Part shown: positions 11,842 through 23,558 of the stretch, one piece after another
Layout of the letters: each line of letters opens with the position of its first letter
Numbering within the stretch: the stretch's first letter is position 1
From: Deltaproteobacteria bacterium
GTDB taxonomy: Bacteria; Myxococcota_A; UBA9160; SMWR01
Direction: 5' to 3'
Assembly (NCBI GenBank): GCA_032128375.1
Contig: JAQBGU010000181.1
Location: 1 to 64,000 of the forward strand
DNA: 64,000 nucleotides
Position numbers and translations under genes: made by a program
The notes under the pieces: generated by a model
Told to the model about the DNA's origin: nothing
What the model saw: the letters and a program-made list of their open reading frames with translations, nothing else
The model's database searches: none

Positions 11842-13029
11842 TCACAAGCCGCCCCTCGCGAATTCTCTGGCGATCACGCAGACGAGCTCATCGATTTCGT
11901 CAGTGCGATGCGTGGCCATCACGGTCAGCCGCAACCGCGCCAGCCCCTCGGGAACCGATGGGTGACGGATGCCCTGGGCATAGAAGCCACACGCAAGCAA
12001 TCGCTCGCACACCGCCATGGTCTGTTCGTTCGAACCGATAATCACCGGGATGATGTGAGTCGTGCTGGGTTCTGTCGAAATTCCGCAGTGCCGCAAACCA
12101 TCGCGCAGGCGCGTCGCGTTGCGCGCAAGGGCCTGCCTGCGCCACGGCTCCCGCGCGATCAGTTCAATCGCCTTGCGGGCCGCCGCCACCTGCGGTGGTG
12201 CCAGGGCGCAGCTGAAAACGAAACTACGCGCGGTATTGACTAGCAGCTCGCGAAGCAGCGCGGTTCCGGCCACGAACGCACCGAACGATCCCAGCGATTT
12301 GCCGAGCGTTCCGAGTAGGATATCGACTCCGCCGTCCACTCCGACTGCGACGCCGCAGTGTTCCAGGGTGCCGCGCCCCGCGTCTCCGAGCGTCCCGATG
12401 CCGTGCGCATCGTCGACGAGGACGGTCGCACCCCAGCGCTTCGCCAGCGGCACCAATTCGCTCAGCGGGGCGACGTCGCCATCCATACTGTAGACGCCAT
12501 CGACCGCCACGAGTACATGACGATGAGTCGACGCAACCTCGCGCAACACATCCTCGAGTCCATCGAGGTCACCATGCGAGAAGACGCGGACGTCTGCGCG
12601 CGCCAAACGGCAACCATCGATGATCGATGCGTGACTGAGCGAATCCGAAATCACGATATCGCCGCTCTTCGCCAAAGCTGGAATAACGCCCACGTTGGCC
12701 ATGTAGCCACTGCCGAAGGCCAGCGCCGCGTCCGTGCCGCAGAACGCAGCGAGTTCTACCTCCAGCGCCTCGTGGATTTCGAGGTTGCCGTTGATCAGGC
12801 GGGATCCACCTGCCGCGCAGCCCAGTTCGCGCGCCGCCAGCGCGGCGGCCTCGGTTATTTCCGGGTGGCTGGCGAGGTCGAGGTAGTTGCTGCCGGCGAA
12901 GATTCGCACGTCGCGTCCGTCGACGCGCATCTGCGTACCTTGCGCGCCGCCGAGAACTCGCATTTGACGGTGCGTCCCGCGTGCGCGAAGCGCATCGAGG
13001 ACCTCTGTGGCGTATGACTCGAGCTGCAC
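11842..13029 (-). CDS. bioF: 8-amino-7-oxononanoate synthase
   Basis: SNYLDL, GGSRL, HASIIDG, YSMDGD, DDAH, GTLGKS. Confidence 0.95.
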   Translation of the reverse strand: MQLESYATEVLDALRARGTHRQMRVLGGAQGTQMRVDGRDVRIFAGSNYLDLASHPEITEAAALAARELGCAAGGSRLINGNLEIHEALEVELAAFCGTDAALAFGSGYMANVGVIPALAKSGDIVISDSLSHASIIDGCRLARADVRVFSHGDLDGLEDVLREVASTHRHVLVAVDGVYSMDGDVAPLSELVPLAKRWGATVLVDDAHGIGTLGDAGRGTLEHCGVAVGVDGGVDILLGTLGKSLGSFGAFVAGTALLRELLVNTARSFVFSCALAPPQVAAARKAIELIAREPWRRQALARNATRLRDGLRHCGISTEPSTTHIIPVIIGSNEQTMAVCERLLACGFYAQGIRHPSVPEGLARLRLTVMATHRTDEIDELVCVIAREFARGGL

Positions 13030-13126
13030 GGTTTCAGCGGGTCCGGGTGTTCATTCAAGGCTATCCGTCAGTCGCTATCGTCTACTGGCTGTCGGTTGCT
13101 GGCCGGATACGCCAATCAAGGAAAGC

Positions 13127-14194
13127 TCAACCCGGTCGCGCGATCTCGGGTTTCAAGATTTCCCCATCCCGGCCGGACAAGCGGAAGCCGGGCGCGTCGC
13201 TCGCCGACGCATAGGCGGGATTCCCCTCAATCTCGAAACCGGCTTCGCGAATCATCCGATAGGTGTCATCTACGTTGTCACCGCGCGTCGTGAGATATCC
13301 GTCGACGAATAGCGAGTTGGCCGGCCACAGCGCGAGTGCTGCAAGCGAACGGAGGTGGCCTTCGCGTCCACCAGCCGCGCGAATTTCCGCTCGCGGATTG
13401 ACGAGCCGCACCATCGACAATGTGCGCAGACACCGTTCGGGGGTCAGACTCCCATCGGACAGAAGCCGATTGCCGTCGATCGGAATCAGGAAGTTCACTG
13501 GGATGGACGGCACCTCGAGTTCGCGAAGGCGAAATGCCAGCTCGACTACGTCGGAGCTCGACTCGCCCATGCCCAGGATGAAACCGCTACAGGTCTGGAT
13601 TCCGGCACGCTTGGCGGCGGCCAACGTGTCGAGCCGGTCCTGATAGGTGTGTGTGGTACACACCTTGCCGTAGTGGGACTCGCTGGTGTTGAGGTTGTGG
13701 TTCAATCGATCGAGCCCGGCTTCGGCGAGTATGCGCGCGTGCTCATCACCCATGAGCCCAGCCGACACGCACACCTCGATCGGGTTGCGCCGCTTCACTT
13801 CCCGAATCAGTCCGGCCAGCTTCTTGGCGCGCTCGAGGCTCGGACCGCGTCCCGACAAGACCATGCAGTATCGGCTGGCACCCAATCTCGCAGCCGCATC
13901 GGCTTCGGCCAAAATCGCGTCGTCGCTCTTGATCGGGTACTTCCGGATCGCCGCGTCGGTGTCACTCGATTGTGAGCAATACCCACAGTCTTCCGGGCAC
14001 AGGCCGTTTTGAACGTTGTTCAGCACGTGAACCATCACCTTCCGGCCGAAATAGCGTTCGCGCGGCTGACGGGCGGCGTGCAACAGCGGCAACAACTCGA
14101 CGTCGTCTGCATCGAGCATCCACAAGCAGTCGGCTCGGCTCGGTGCTTCATCGCGCAGCGCCCGCTGGGCGAGTGACGCGTATCGTTCGAACAC
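13127..14194 (-). CDS. bioB: Biotin synthase
   Basis: Radical SAM CPEDCGYCSQS, NHNLNT, CSG.ILGMGE, SIPVNFL. Confidence 0.96.
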   Translation of the reverse strand: MFERYASLAQRALRDEAPSRADCLWMLDADDVELLPLLHAARQPRERYFGRKVMVHVLNNVQNGLCPEDCGYCSQSSDTDAAIRKYPIKSDDAILAEADAAARLGASRYCMVLSGRGPSLERAKKLAGLIREVKRRNPIEVCVSAGLMGDEHARILAEAGLDRLNHNLNTSESHYGKVCTTHTYQDRLDTLAAAKRAGIQTCSGFILGMGESSSDVVELAFRLRELEVPSIPVNFLIPIDGNRLLSDGSLTPERCLRTLSMVRLVNPRAEIRAAGGREGHLRSLAALALWPANSLFVDGYLTTRGDNVDDTYRMIREAGFEIEGNPAYASASDAPGFRLSGRDGEILKPEIARPG

Positions 14195-14280
14195 GGGACC
14201 TCCGGGGTATTATTCGCGATTCCATTTCGCGAGCTGTCGCTACCCGCTACAACCACAGGGAATCGCCACTTTACACTACC

Positions 14281-14310
14281 TGTCAACCTGCCAGTGAACT
14301 CAGGTTGACA
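14281..14310. promoter_or_regulatory. BirA operator upstream of bioBFD
   Basis: TGTCAACC-N14-GGTTGACA palindrome, the form described for deltaproteobacterial BirA sites, about 90 bp upstream of the bioB start. Confidence 0.88.
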
Positions 14311-14346
14311 GCGACCAAAGTCCATTGCGCAGGTACACTGCGGCCG

Positions 14347-15717
14347 GTGGCGCGATCCCGATCGGTCTACTCGTGTACGAAATGCGGCGGTCAGCAGCCC
14401 AAATGGATGGGTCGCTGCCCCTCGTGCGGGGCCTGGGAGACGTTGGTCGAGGAGATTTCCGTCGCCGCAGGCCGACTGCAGGATATTCCCAGGGGGAAGC
14501 GTGCCAATGTGATGCAACTCGGCGATATCGATGCTTCGAATGTCGTCCGGATCCAGACCGGCATCCCGGAGTTGGACCGAGTCCTCGGAGGAGGCTTGGT
14601 TCCAGGCTCGGTCATTTTGCTCGCCGGCGAACCGGGAATCGGCAAGTCGACACTGGCGCTACAGCTGGCCGGAGAACTGAAATCGAATGCACCCGTTCTG
14701 TATGTGACAGGCGAGGAGAGTCTCGAACAGCTCCGACTTCGGGCGGATCGATTGCCAACGGTCCCCGCTGAACTGCTGGTGATGGCGGAAACCCGCGTGG
14801 AAGCCACGCGGGCACCGTGGGGAGAGTATAAACCGGCCGTTGTGGTCATCGATTCGATCCAAACGCTTCGAACCGAGCGCGTCGAATCGGCACCGGGTTC
14901 GGTTGCGCAGGTTCGAGAGTGCGCGGCCGTATTGTCGAATGCGGCGAAGTCACTTCGCACGGCACTGGTGTTGGTGGGTCACGTCACCAAGGACGGCGCA
15001 GTCGCGGGGCCGCGCGTTCTCGAACACCTGGTCGATGTGGTGTTGGCGTTCGAGGGAGACCGCGGTCATGCATTCAGGCTGCTGCGAGCCAGCAAGAACC
15101 GCTTCGGCTCGACGCAAGAAGTGGGGGTGTTCACGATGACCGAGCACGGCCTCGAGGGTGTCCCCAACCCCAGCGAAATGTTTCTGGCGGAGCGTCGTGC
15201 GGGTGCGGGCGGCTCGTGTATCGCGCCGATCGTCGAGGGGACGCGACCGATGCTGGTCGAGATCCAAGCGTTGGTGGCGCAGGCTGGCTACGGGACCGGG
15301 CGACGCACCACGATCGGTTTCGACGACGGTCGTTTGGCCCTATTGCTTGCTGCGCTCGACCGGCGCAGCGATATCGATGTATTGAGCAGCGATGTGTACG
15401 TGAACGTAGCCGGTGGCGTCCGCATCACCGAGCCGGGCGCCGACCTTGCGGTTGCGCTGGCGCTCGCCTCGAGCCAGCTCGACAAGCCGTTACCACCGGA
15501 TGTAGCCGCCTGCGGCGAGATTGGGCTCGGCGGCGAAGTCCGTCGCGTGGCCCGAATCGATCTACGCGTTCGCGAAGCGGTTCGGTTGGGGTTTCGGCGC
15601 GTGTTGATTCCGGGCGGCGTGGAACTTCCCGCGGCGCTCGAGGCCGAAGCCGACTTGATTCGGGTCGACGACATCGCTTCCGCAGTCACCTGGTTGCGGG
15701 CCACGAAATCTCACTGA
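14347..15717 (+). CDS. radA: DNA repair protein RadA/Sms
   Basis: C4 zinc finger C..CG....KW.G.CP.C, GEPGIGKST, KNRFG, Lon-like C-terminus; start moved to GTG 14347. Confidence 0.97.
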   Translation: MARSRSVYSCTKCGGQQPKWMGRCPSCGAWETLVEEISVAAGRLQDIPRGKRANVMQLGDIDASNVVRIQTGIPELDRVLGGGLVPGSVILLAGEPGIGKSTLALQLAGELKSNAPVLYVTGEESLEQLRLRADRLPTVPAELLVMAETRVEATRAPWGEYKPAVVVIDSIQTLRTERVESAPGSVAQVRECAAVLSNAAKSLRTALVLVGHVTKDGAVAGPRVLEHLVDVVLAFEGDRGHAFRLLRASKNRFGSTQEVGVFTMTEHGLEGVPNPSEMFLAERRAGAGGSCIAPIVEGTRPMLVEIQALVAQAGYGTGRRTTIGFDDGRLALLLAALDRRSDIDVLSSDVYVNVAGGVRITEPGADLAVALALASSQLDKPLPPDVAACGEIGLGGEVRRVARIDLRVREAVRLGFRRVLIPGGVELPAALEAEADLIRVDDIASAVTWLRATKSH

Positions 15718-15818
15718 CGAGTTTGTCGACGACCGTCGACGATAGTTGACGGACAGTTGACGGACAGTTGACGGACAGTCGAGGGCCTGTTGAGGGCCTG
15801 TTTACGCCTGTTGGCGCC
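15715..15818. repeat. Drifting 10-11 bp tandem repeat
   Basis: TTGACGGACAG x3, flanked by progressively diverged units (TCGACGATAG, TCGAGGGCCTG, TTGAGGGCCTG, TTTACGCCTG); begins at the radA stop codon. Confidence 0.9.
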
Positions 15819-15909
15819 ACCGAGTACGGCTGTTAACCATATGATATTCCATCGCTTTTGCGATTTTGATCTTTGACAGCCGATGCGCGGGCGGCTAGCT
15901 TGCCGCGCG

Positions 15910-16950
15910 ATGACGCAGCCCTCAATCGCGTCCCGGGTCTTTTCGGAATCCGTCGAGCGGATTTCCCCGGGTCTTCGACTTGTCGAACGGTCGATGCACG
16001 AGCAGCTCCATTCCGCCAGCGGCTTGGTAGGTCTGATGGGCGACCACGTACTCGAATCCGGCGGCAAGCGGATTCGCCCAGCGCTGCTGATATTGGCCGC
16101 AGAGCTGTGTGGCTACACAGGCTCTAGGACAGTCCAAGTCGGCGCCGCAGTTGAACTGCTCCACACGGCTACACTGTTGCACGACGATGTCGTGGACTTC
16201 TCGGAGCTGCGTCGTGGGCGTCCGTCCGCCAACGCGCTGTGGGGTAATCGGCGGGCGGTGCTATCGGGCGATTTCTTCTACGCGCGCGCGTCTGCGATGA
16301 TCGTCGAAGACGGCGATCTCGACATCTTGTGGATCTTTGCCAACACGATTCGCAGCATGGCGGAAGGTGAGCTGCTTCAGCTCGAGCGCAGCTACGACCC
16401 AACAATCACCGAATCGCACTACTTCAGCGTGATCGAGCGCAAGAGTGCGGTTCTGTTGTCCGCGGCCACCGAAGCCGGTGCGATCCTGGGAGGCGTCACG
16501 CGCGCTGATCGGCGTCGCCTGGCCGATTTCGGCCGCGAGCTCGGTTTGGCATTTCAGCTGCGCGACGACGCGTTGGACTATGAAGCCGGCGAGGCCGAAC
16601 TCGGCAAGCCACCGCACACCGACATCCGCGAGGGCAAGGTGACGTTGCCGCTCCTGCTGACGCTCAAACGCTGCGAACCTGAAGAGCGCGACCGGATTGC
16701 GGCGCTGTTGAAGAGCGCGGCGCGGCTGGCAGAAATCAGCCTCGTTGCATCGGACGCCGCGAGCATCGAAAAATTGGACGTAAGCCCAGCGCTCGAACTG
16801 ATCGCCCGCTATCGGGGCGTCGAAGACACCGTGCGCCGTGCCGAGGAGCACGCCGCGAAGGCGGCCGCCGCAATCGCGCCGTTTGCAGACTGCCGGGCCA
16901 AGGCCGATCTGTTGGCCGCCGCGGAATTCTCTGTTCAAAGAGATCGATAA
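15910..16950 (+). CDS. Polyprenyl diphosphate synthase (IspB/HepT-like)
   Basis: GGKRIRP, LLHDDVVD (FARM), RRG, FQLRDDALD (SARM). Confidence 0.93.
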   Translation: MTQPSIASRVFSESVERISPGLRLVERSMHEQLHSASGLVGLMGDHVLESGGKRIRPALLILAAELCGYTGSRTVQVGAAVELLHTATLLHDDVVDFSELRRGRPSANALWGNRRAVLSGDFFYARASAMIVEDGDLDILWIFANTIRSMAEGELLQLERSYDPTITESHYFSVIERKSAVLLSAATEAGAILGGVTRADRRRLADFGRELGLAFQLRDDALDYEAGEAELGKPPHTDIREGKVTLPLLLTLKRCEPEERDRIAALLKSAARLAEISLVASDAASIEKLDVSPALELIARYRGVEDTVRRAEEHAAKAAAAIAPFADCRAKADLLAAAEFSVQRDR

Positions 16951-17081
16951 GAGGGGAAAGGCCACCCAGAAAGAGTCCCGCAGAACGCCAGAACCACAAA
17001 GAGATCTTGCAGAAAGAACCCGCACAAAAACGGGCTCCGACCTCACGCTTCTCACCCCGCTGGTCCCGGGAGAAACAATCA

Positions 17082-17408
17082 ATGAACCGAACTACGTACC
17101 GCGGGCGCGCGCTTGCGCTCGCCCTCGTGACCACCATGGCGCTGATTGCGGGACCAAGCCTCGCAGCTGGCGATTCCGCGAAGCTCACCGGCACCGTGAA
17201 CGTCAACACGGCAACAGTAGAGGAGCTTCAACTGCTGCCGGGAATCGGTGAGAGCCGCGCCAAGGCGGTCATCGCGATGCGCAAGCAGCGCGGTGGCTTC
17301 AAGTCGGTCTCCGAGCTGACTGATGTGAAGGGAATCGGGGAGGCGGCTCTGGCAAAGCTGCTGCCGTTTGCCCGCATCGAGGGCAAGACCACAGCTCAAC
17401 TCGACTGA
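17082..17408 (+). CDS. comEA: ComEA-family helix-hairpin-helix DNA-binding protein
   Basis: Signal peptide, VNVNTAT.EEL..LPGIG, F.SV.EL..VKGIG. Confidence 0.9.
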   Translation: MNRTTYRGRALALALVTTMALIAGPSLAAGDSAKLTGTVNVNTATVEELQLLPGIGESRAKAVIAMRKQRGGFKSVSELTDVKGIGEAALAKLLPFARIEGKTTAQLD

Positions 17409-17438
17409 CGAGGCCTGATCAAACAGCATGATCCCGAC

Positions 17439-17470
17439 GGGGGGTCGGTGGAACTCCACCGGCCCCCTTT
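17439..17470 (+). terminator. Probable intrinsic terminator after comEA
   Basis: GGGGGTCGGTGG-AACT-CCACCGGCCCCC hairpin followed by TTT. Confidence 0.65.
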
Positions 17471-17553
17471 ACGGGTCCTGCGGCGGGTCTTCGGAGCCGA
17501 ACCGGCGCCCCCTGCTCTGGCGCACTCGGCGCGAGCGAAATACCAATTGGCCT

Positions 17554-18456
17554 ATGACCGATCGGCTGCACACGACGAAGCTGGGATCGCTCGCTCTGCT
17601 GCTGCTACTCGCGTTGGCGGCGGCCGCTGCGGAACGACAAGCGGCGGCTGCGCTGCGCGTCGTTTCGATGAACCCTTCGCTGACGCGAATGTTGATCGCG
17701 CTAGACGCCAAGGCGACGCTCGTTGGTGTCGATGAATTCTCGGCCCGAAGCGAAGCGTCGGTCGAGCATCTGCCCCGCGTCGGCGGATTGTTCAATCCGA
17801 GCCTGGAAGCCGTCGCGGCACTGCAACCCGATCTCGTCGTGGTCGTTCCGAGCGTCGCACAGCGAGACTTTTGCGATCGGTTGCGAGAGCTCGGGATCGA
17901 CGTGCTCGAGCTTCCGAACATCACGCTCGAAGAGGTTCTCGACAGCATTCGCGAACTTGGCGCGCGTGTTGATCGCGTCGAGGCGGCCCGGACGCGGGTC
18001 GAAGAGATCAAGCGCACCTGGCGCGACATCGCACGGCGGGCCGCGGAGCGACCGAGACGCACGGTGATTTTGGTGCTGCAACGAGATCCTCTCTATGTAG
18101 CCGGAGCGGGAAGTTTCCTGGACGAGATGCTTCGCGCCGCAGGTGTAGAAAACGCCGCGGCGCGCTTTTCGGACCCCTACCCGCGAGTCGGAATCGAGTG
18201 GTTGATCGCTGCCGCGCCCGAGATCATTATCGACAGCGCCGCGGACCCGCTCCCCGCCGCTGAGCATTGGTCCCGCTGGCCGTCGATTCCCGCCGTTGCG
18301 GCTTCTCGGGTCTTCGCAGTCCCAGCTGGGAACGTAACTTTGCCTGGGCCCTACCTGGACCGCTCGCTGCGAACTTTGTTCGAGGCGATCTACGGGGTCG
18401 ATACGACCGGCAGCGTTGGACAGACTGGAGCGGTCGAACACAGAGCAGCGCCGTGA
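17554..18456 (+). CDS. ABC transporter substrate-binding protein, BtuF/siderophore helical-backbone family
   Basis: RVVSMNPSLT..L, LVGVD, P.LEA.AAL.PDLV; signal peptide. Confidence 0.88.
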   Translation: MTDRLHTTKLGSLALLLLLALAAAAAERQAAAALRVVSMNPSLTRMLIALDAKATLVGVDEFSARSEASVEHLPRVGGLFNPSLEAVAALQPDLVVVVPSVAQRDFCDRLRELGIDVLELPNITLEEVLDSIRELGARVDRVEAARTRVEEIKRTWRDIARRAAERPRRTVILVLQRDPLYVAGAGSFLDEMLRAAGVENAAARFSDPYPRVGIEWLIAAAPEIIIDSAADPLPAAEHWSRWPSIPAVAASRVFAVPAGNVTLPGPYLDRSLRTLFEAIYGVDTTGSVGQTGAVEHRAAP

Positions 18457-19475
18457 AGCCGCTGACAGCCGAGCGCACGCTGAGTGTGTTGCTGATGCTG
18501 TTTGTAGTCGCGGTAGCCGCCGCGACGCTCGGTCTGGCCGCGGGTCCGAGTGGACTCGGTGTGGCCGAGATTTGGTCGGTGCTCAGCGGTCAAGGCGAGT
18601 CGGATGCCGTCGCCGATATCGTGCTGCGCGTCCGGTTACCGCGGGTGATTCTGGGTGCCTTGGTTGGCGCATCGCTGGCCGTCTCGGGCGTGCTGTTCCA
18701 GGCGCTGCTTCGCAACCCGCTCGCCGATCCCTACGTGCTGGGCGTGTCCGGCGGCGCGGCGCTTGGCGGAATCGCAGTGTTGAGTCTGGGCAGTGGCATC
18801 GGTTTGGGGTACGCGGCGGTACCACCCGCTGCGTTTGCGGGAGCACTGGCGACGACCGCCTTGCTGTATGCGGTCTCGGGTGTACAAGGCCGTGTGTCGC
18901 CAACCGGTCTGCTATTGACCGGGGTCGTTTTCAACGCGTTTGCCTCGGCGGCGATCGTCTTTTTGGCGTCCATCGCGGGCCTGACCGAAGGAACGAGCAT
19001 TTTCTTGTGGCTGATCGGAAGTCTGTCGGCCGGCCGGCTCGAAGTGGCGGGTTGGGTGGCCGTGTTTCTCGTGCTGGGTCTTGGGGCGGCAATGCCGTTG
19101 GCGCGAGGTCTCAACGTGTCGGCGCTCGGCGAGGAATCTGCTCAACAGCTCGGGATCGATATCGATCGCCAGCGCCGCATCGTGTTGATTGCCGCATCAC
19201 TGATGGTCGGCGCGGCGGTGTCGGTGGCGGGCTTGATCGGTTTTGTCGGGTTGATCATTCCACATTTGTTGCGACTGCTGGTCGGACCCGATCACCGCTT
19301 GTTGATCCCCGCTGCAGCTCTCGGTGGTGCAGCCTTCCTGGTCTTGTGCGACGCCGTTGCGCGTACCCTGCTCGACGGAAGAGAACTCCCGGTTGGTGCG
19401 ATCACCGCGCTGGCTGGTGGTCCGCTCTTTCTGTGGCTATTGCGGCGCTATCACAACCGGACGTTCGGTTCATGA
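18453..19475 (+). CDS. ABC transporter permease, BtuC/FecCD family
   Basis: RLPR, QALLRNPLADPYVLGVSGGA, LGEE.A..LG, IGFVGLIIPH; GTGA overlap with the upstream gene. Confidence 0.93.
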   Translation: MKPLTAERTLSVLLMLFVVAVAAATLGLAAGPSGLGVAEIWSVLSGQGESDAVADIVLRVRLPRVILGALVGASLAVSGVLFQALLRNPLADPYVLGVSGGAALGGIAVLSLGSGIGLGYAAVPPAAFAGALATTALLYAVSGVQGRVSPTGLLLTGVVFNAFASAAIVFLASIAGLTEGTSIFLWLIGSLSAGRLEVAGWVAVFLVLGLGAAMPLARGLNVSALGEESAQQLGIDIDRQRRIVLIAASLMVGAAVSVAGLIGFVGLIIPHLLRLLVGPDHRLLIPAAALGGAAFLVLCDAVARTLLDGRELPVGAITALAGGPLFLWLLRRYHNRTFGS

Positions 19476-20311
19476 GCGCCGTCCGAGCCGCAATGGTCTT
19501 CGAAGGGGTAGCGGTCAAGCTCGGTAGCCAGCCGATCTTGCGCGACATTCATCTCGAGCTACCAGCTGGTCAGGTGATCGTACTGGCCGGATGCAACGGT
19601 GCCGGCAAGACCACGCTGCTGCGAGTCGCGTCGCGGGTGCTCCGACCGAGCGCGGGCCGCGTGTCATTGGGCGGCGAGGGTCTCGAAGGACTGTCGCGAC
19701 GGGAGCTGGCGCAGCGGCTGGCTGTCGTGCAACAAGACGCGCTGGCCTCGTTTCCATTCAGTGCGTGCGAAGTGGTTCTGATGGGACGGGCCCCCCACCT
19801 GGGACTACTGGGATTCGAAAGCCGCGCGGATATTGCGATCGCTCGCGAGGCAATGGAACGGCTGGAGATCGACCACCTCGCCGATCGATCGATTCTCGAA
19901 CTGTCGGGTGGCGAGCGCCAGTTGGTCTCGATTGCACGCGCCCTGGCGCAACAGCCGCAGGTATTGTTGCTCGACGAGCCGACCGCCCATCTCGACCTCG
20001 CGCATCGCGTCGCCGTGCTCGATTGCGTTCGAGACTTCGCACGCGATGGGCGCAGCGCACTGGTGGTGTCCCACGATCTGTCGCTGGCCGCCCGCAGCTG
20101 CGACGTGCTGGCGCTGCTATCGAAAGGCGAAATTCTTGCGGCGGGGCCCCCAGAGGACGTGTTGACCGTCGAAAATCTTCGAGAAGTCTTCGGGATCCGG
20201 GCCGACATCGTGACGGCACCCGATGGCTGGCCCGTTGTCGTGCCGCGTGGAGTCCATTCGAATGAACAACGCTCACTGGTAGCGCGAAAATCTCCACATG
20301 CACCCTTCTGA
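19472..20311 (+). CDS. ABC transporter ATP-binding protein, FepC/BtuD family
   Basis: GCNGAGKT, LSGGERQ, LLLDEPTAHLD; ATGA overlap. Confidence 0.93.
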   Translation: MSAVRAAMVFEGVAVKLGSQPILRDIHLELPAGQVIVLAGCNGAGKTTLLRVASRVLRPSAGRVSLGGEGLEGLSRRELAQRLAVVQQDALASFPFSACEVVLMGRAPHLGLLGFESRADIAIAREAMERLEIDHLADRSILELSGGERQLVSIARALAQQPQVLLLDEPTAHLDLAHRVAVLDCVRDFARDGRSALVVSHDLSLAARSCDVLALLSKGEILAAGPPEDVLTVENLREVFGIRADIVTAPDGWPVVVPRGVHSNEQRSLVARKSPHAPF

Positions 20312-20428
20312 GTCAAAGCTGGCGCTGCTGCGGACAGGCTCGGAGTCGCAGCGGGATGGGCCCGGAGAATTTCCGCAACCTGCTAGCTTCGTCCGCGTCG
20401 CTGCTGCGCGGCGGACGTGGTGACGTGA

Positions 20429-22524
<2,096 letters not shown>

Positions 22525-22562
22525 GATCGGGTGGTGTCCAGAGCCGAGAGGCTCCCTACCAC

Positions 22563-22599
22563 GGTCTGTGGGCAGAATATGGGTCTGTGAGCAGAATAT
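22563..22599. repeat. 19 bp-period direct duplication
   Basis: GGTCTGTGGGCAGAATAT / GGTCTGTGAGCAGAATAT. Confidence 0.85.
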
Positions 22600-22782
22600 T
22601 TTCGTTTTTCGGCAATTCAGGGCTAATGCAACTCGATAGCAATACCGAATAGTTGCCCTGAAGGTCGGTGGGTCTCCTTTTCGTCACAGTTCTGAGGGGT
22701 TCCGAAGCCCACCTTCACACTGCTGAGCCAGCGCGATCGTCCAGGGGGGCGCGCGGCCGGCGCAGCCGACGCGGAGGGTGTC

Positions 22783-23382
22783 ATGGCTTCGAAGCAGACA
22801 TTGAACGTTCTGGTCGTGGACCACGATGAGGGCAGCAACGTTGAACTCAAGGATTTTCTGGTTAGCGAGGGATACCGGGCCGAAATTCTGACGGACCACC
22901 AACAAGTCATCGCTGAAATCAAGCAGAGCAACCATCAGCTGGTATTGCTCGATGTTTCTACCATGACCGGCATCGAACTACTCGAGAAGATTCGCAGCAC
23001 GGATTCTGATATTTGCGTGATCGCAATGACCGGACTCGCCACCGTCGAGGCCGCGGTCCGCACGTTGAAGCACCAGGCCTTCGACTATCTCCAGAAACCG
23101 CTCGAAATGGAAGAATTGCGCGCGGTGGTTCAGGCAGCGATCCGCGAGAAGGGCTTGTTGGTCGATCTCGAGAGTCGGCTGAATCTGGTAGTCGGCAAGC
23201 GACTGCGGGAGAAGCGATCCAGCGCACAGCTGACGCTCAAGCAGCTGGCGAATCGCACAGGACTCTCCGTGAGCCTGATCTCGCAGATCGAACTCGGCAA
23301 GAGCGCGGCCTCGATGTCCACTCTCCACAAGCTGGCCACGGCGCTGCAACTTCGGATGACGTATTTCTTCGAGACGGTCTGA
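22783..23382 (+). CDS. Response regulator with C-terminal XRE-type HTH
   Basis: Receiver domain (VLVVD, LLDV, MTG, YLQKP) plus LTLKQLANRTGLSVSLISQIELGK. Confidence 0.9.
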   Translation: MASKQTLNVLVVDHDEGSNVELKDFLVSEGYRAEILTDHQQVIAEIKQSNHQLVLLDVSTMTGIELLEKIRSTDSDICVIAMTGLATVEAAVRTLKHQAFDYLQKPLEMEELRAVVQAAIREKGLLVDLESRLNLVVGKRLREKRSSAQLTLKQLANRTGLSVSLISQIELGKSAASMSTLHKLATALQLRMTYFFETV

Positions 23383-23558
23383 GGTTCGCGGCGGCCCCTG
23401 ACCCACATCGCTAGCGGCGTTGCTAGACTCAAAGTTGGATTGCGGCTTCTGATCCGGGCGGCGGGTCGTCCTGCCGCCCGGCCAGACCGCGCGGCCGGGA
23501 CGTATCTATCCTGAGGACAGTCGAAGAAACGCGCCCGTGCCCGGGGCTCTCCGTACCG

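Noticed and set aside
17409..17553. Cobalamin riboswitch upstream of the BtuCDF-like genes
   Set aside because: The spacer is short and shows only a terminator-like hairpin; no B12-box recognised, so the transporter substrate stays unassigned
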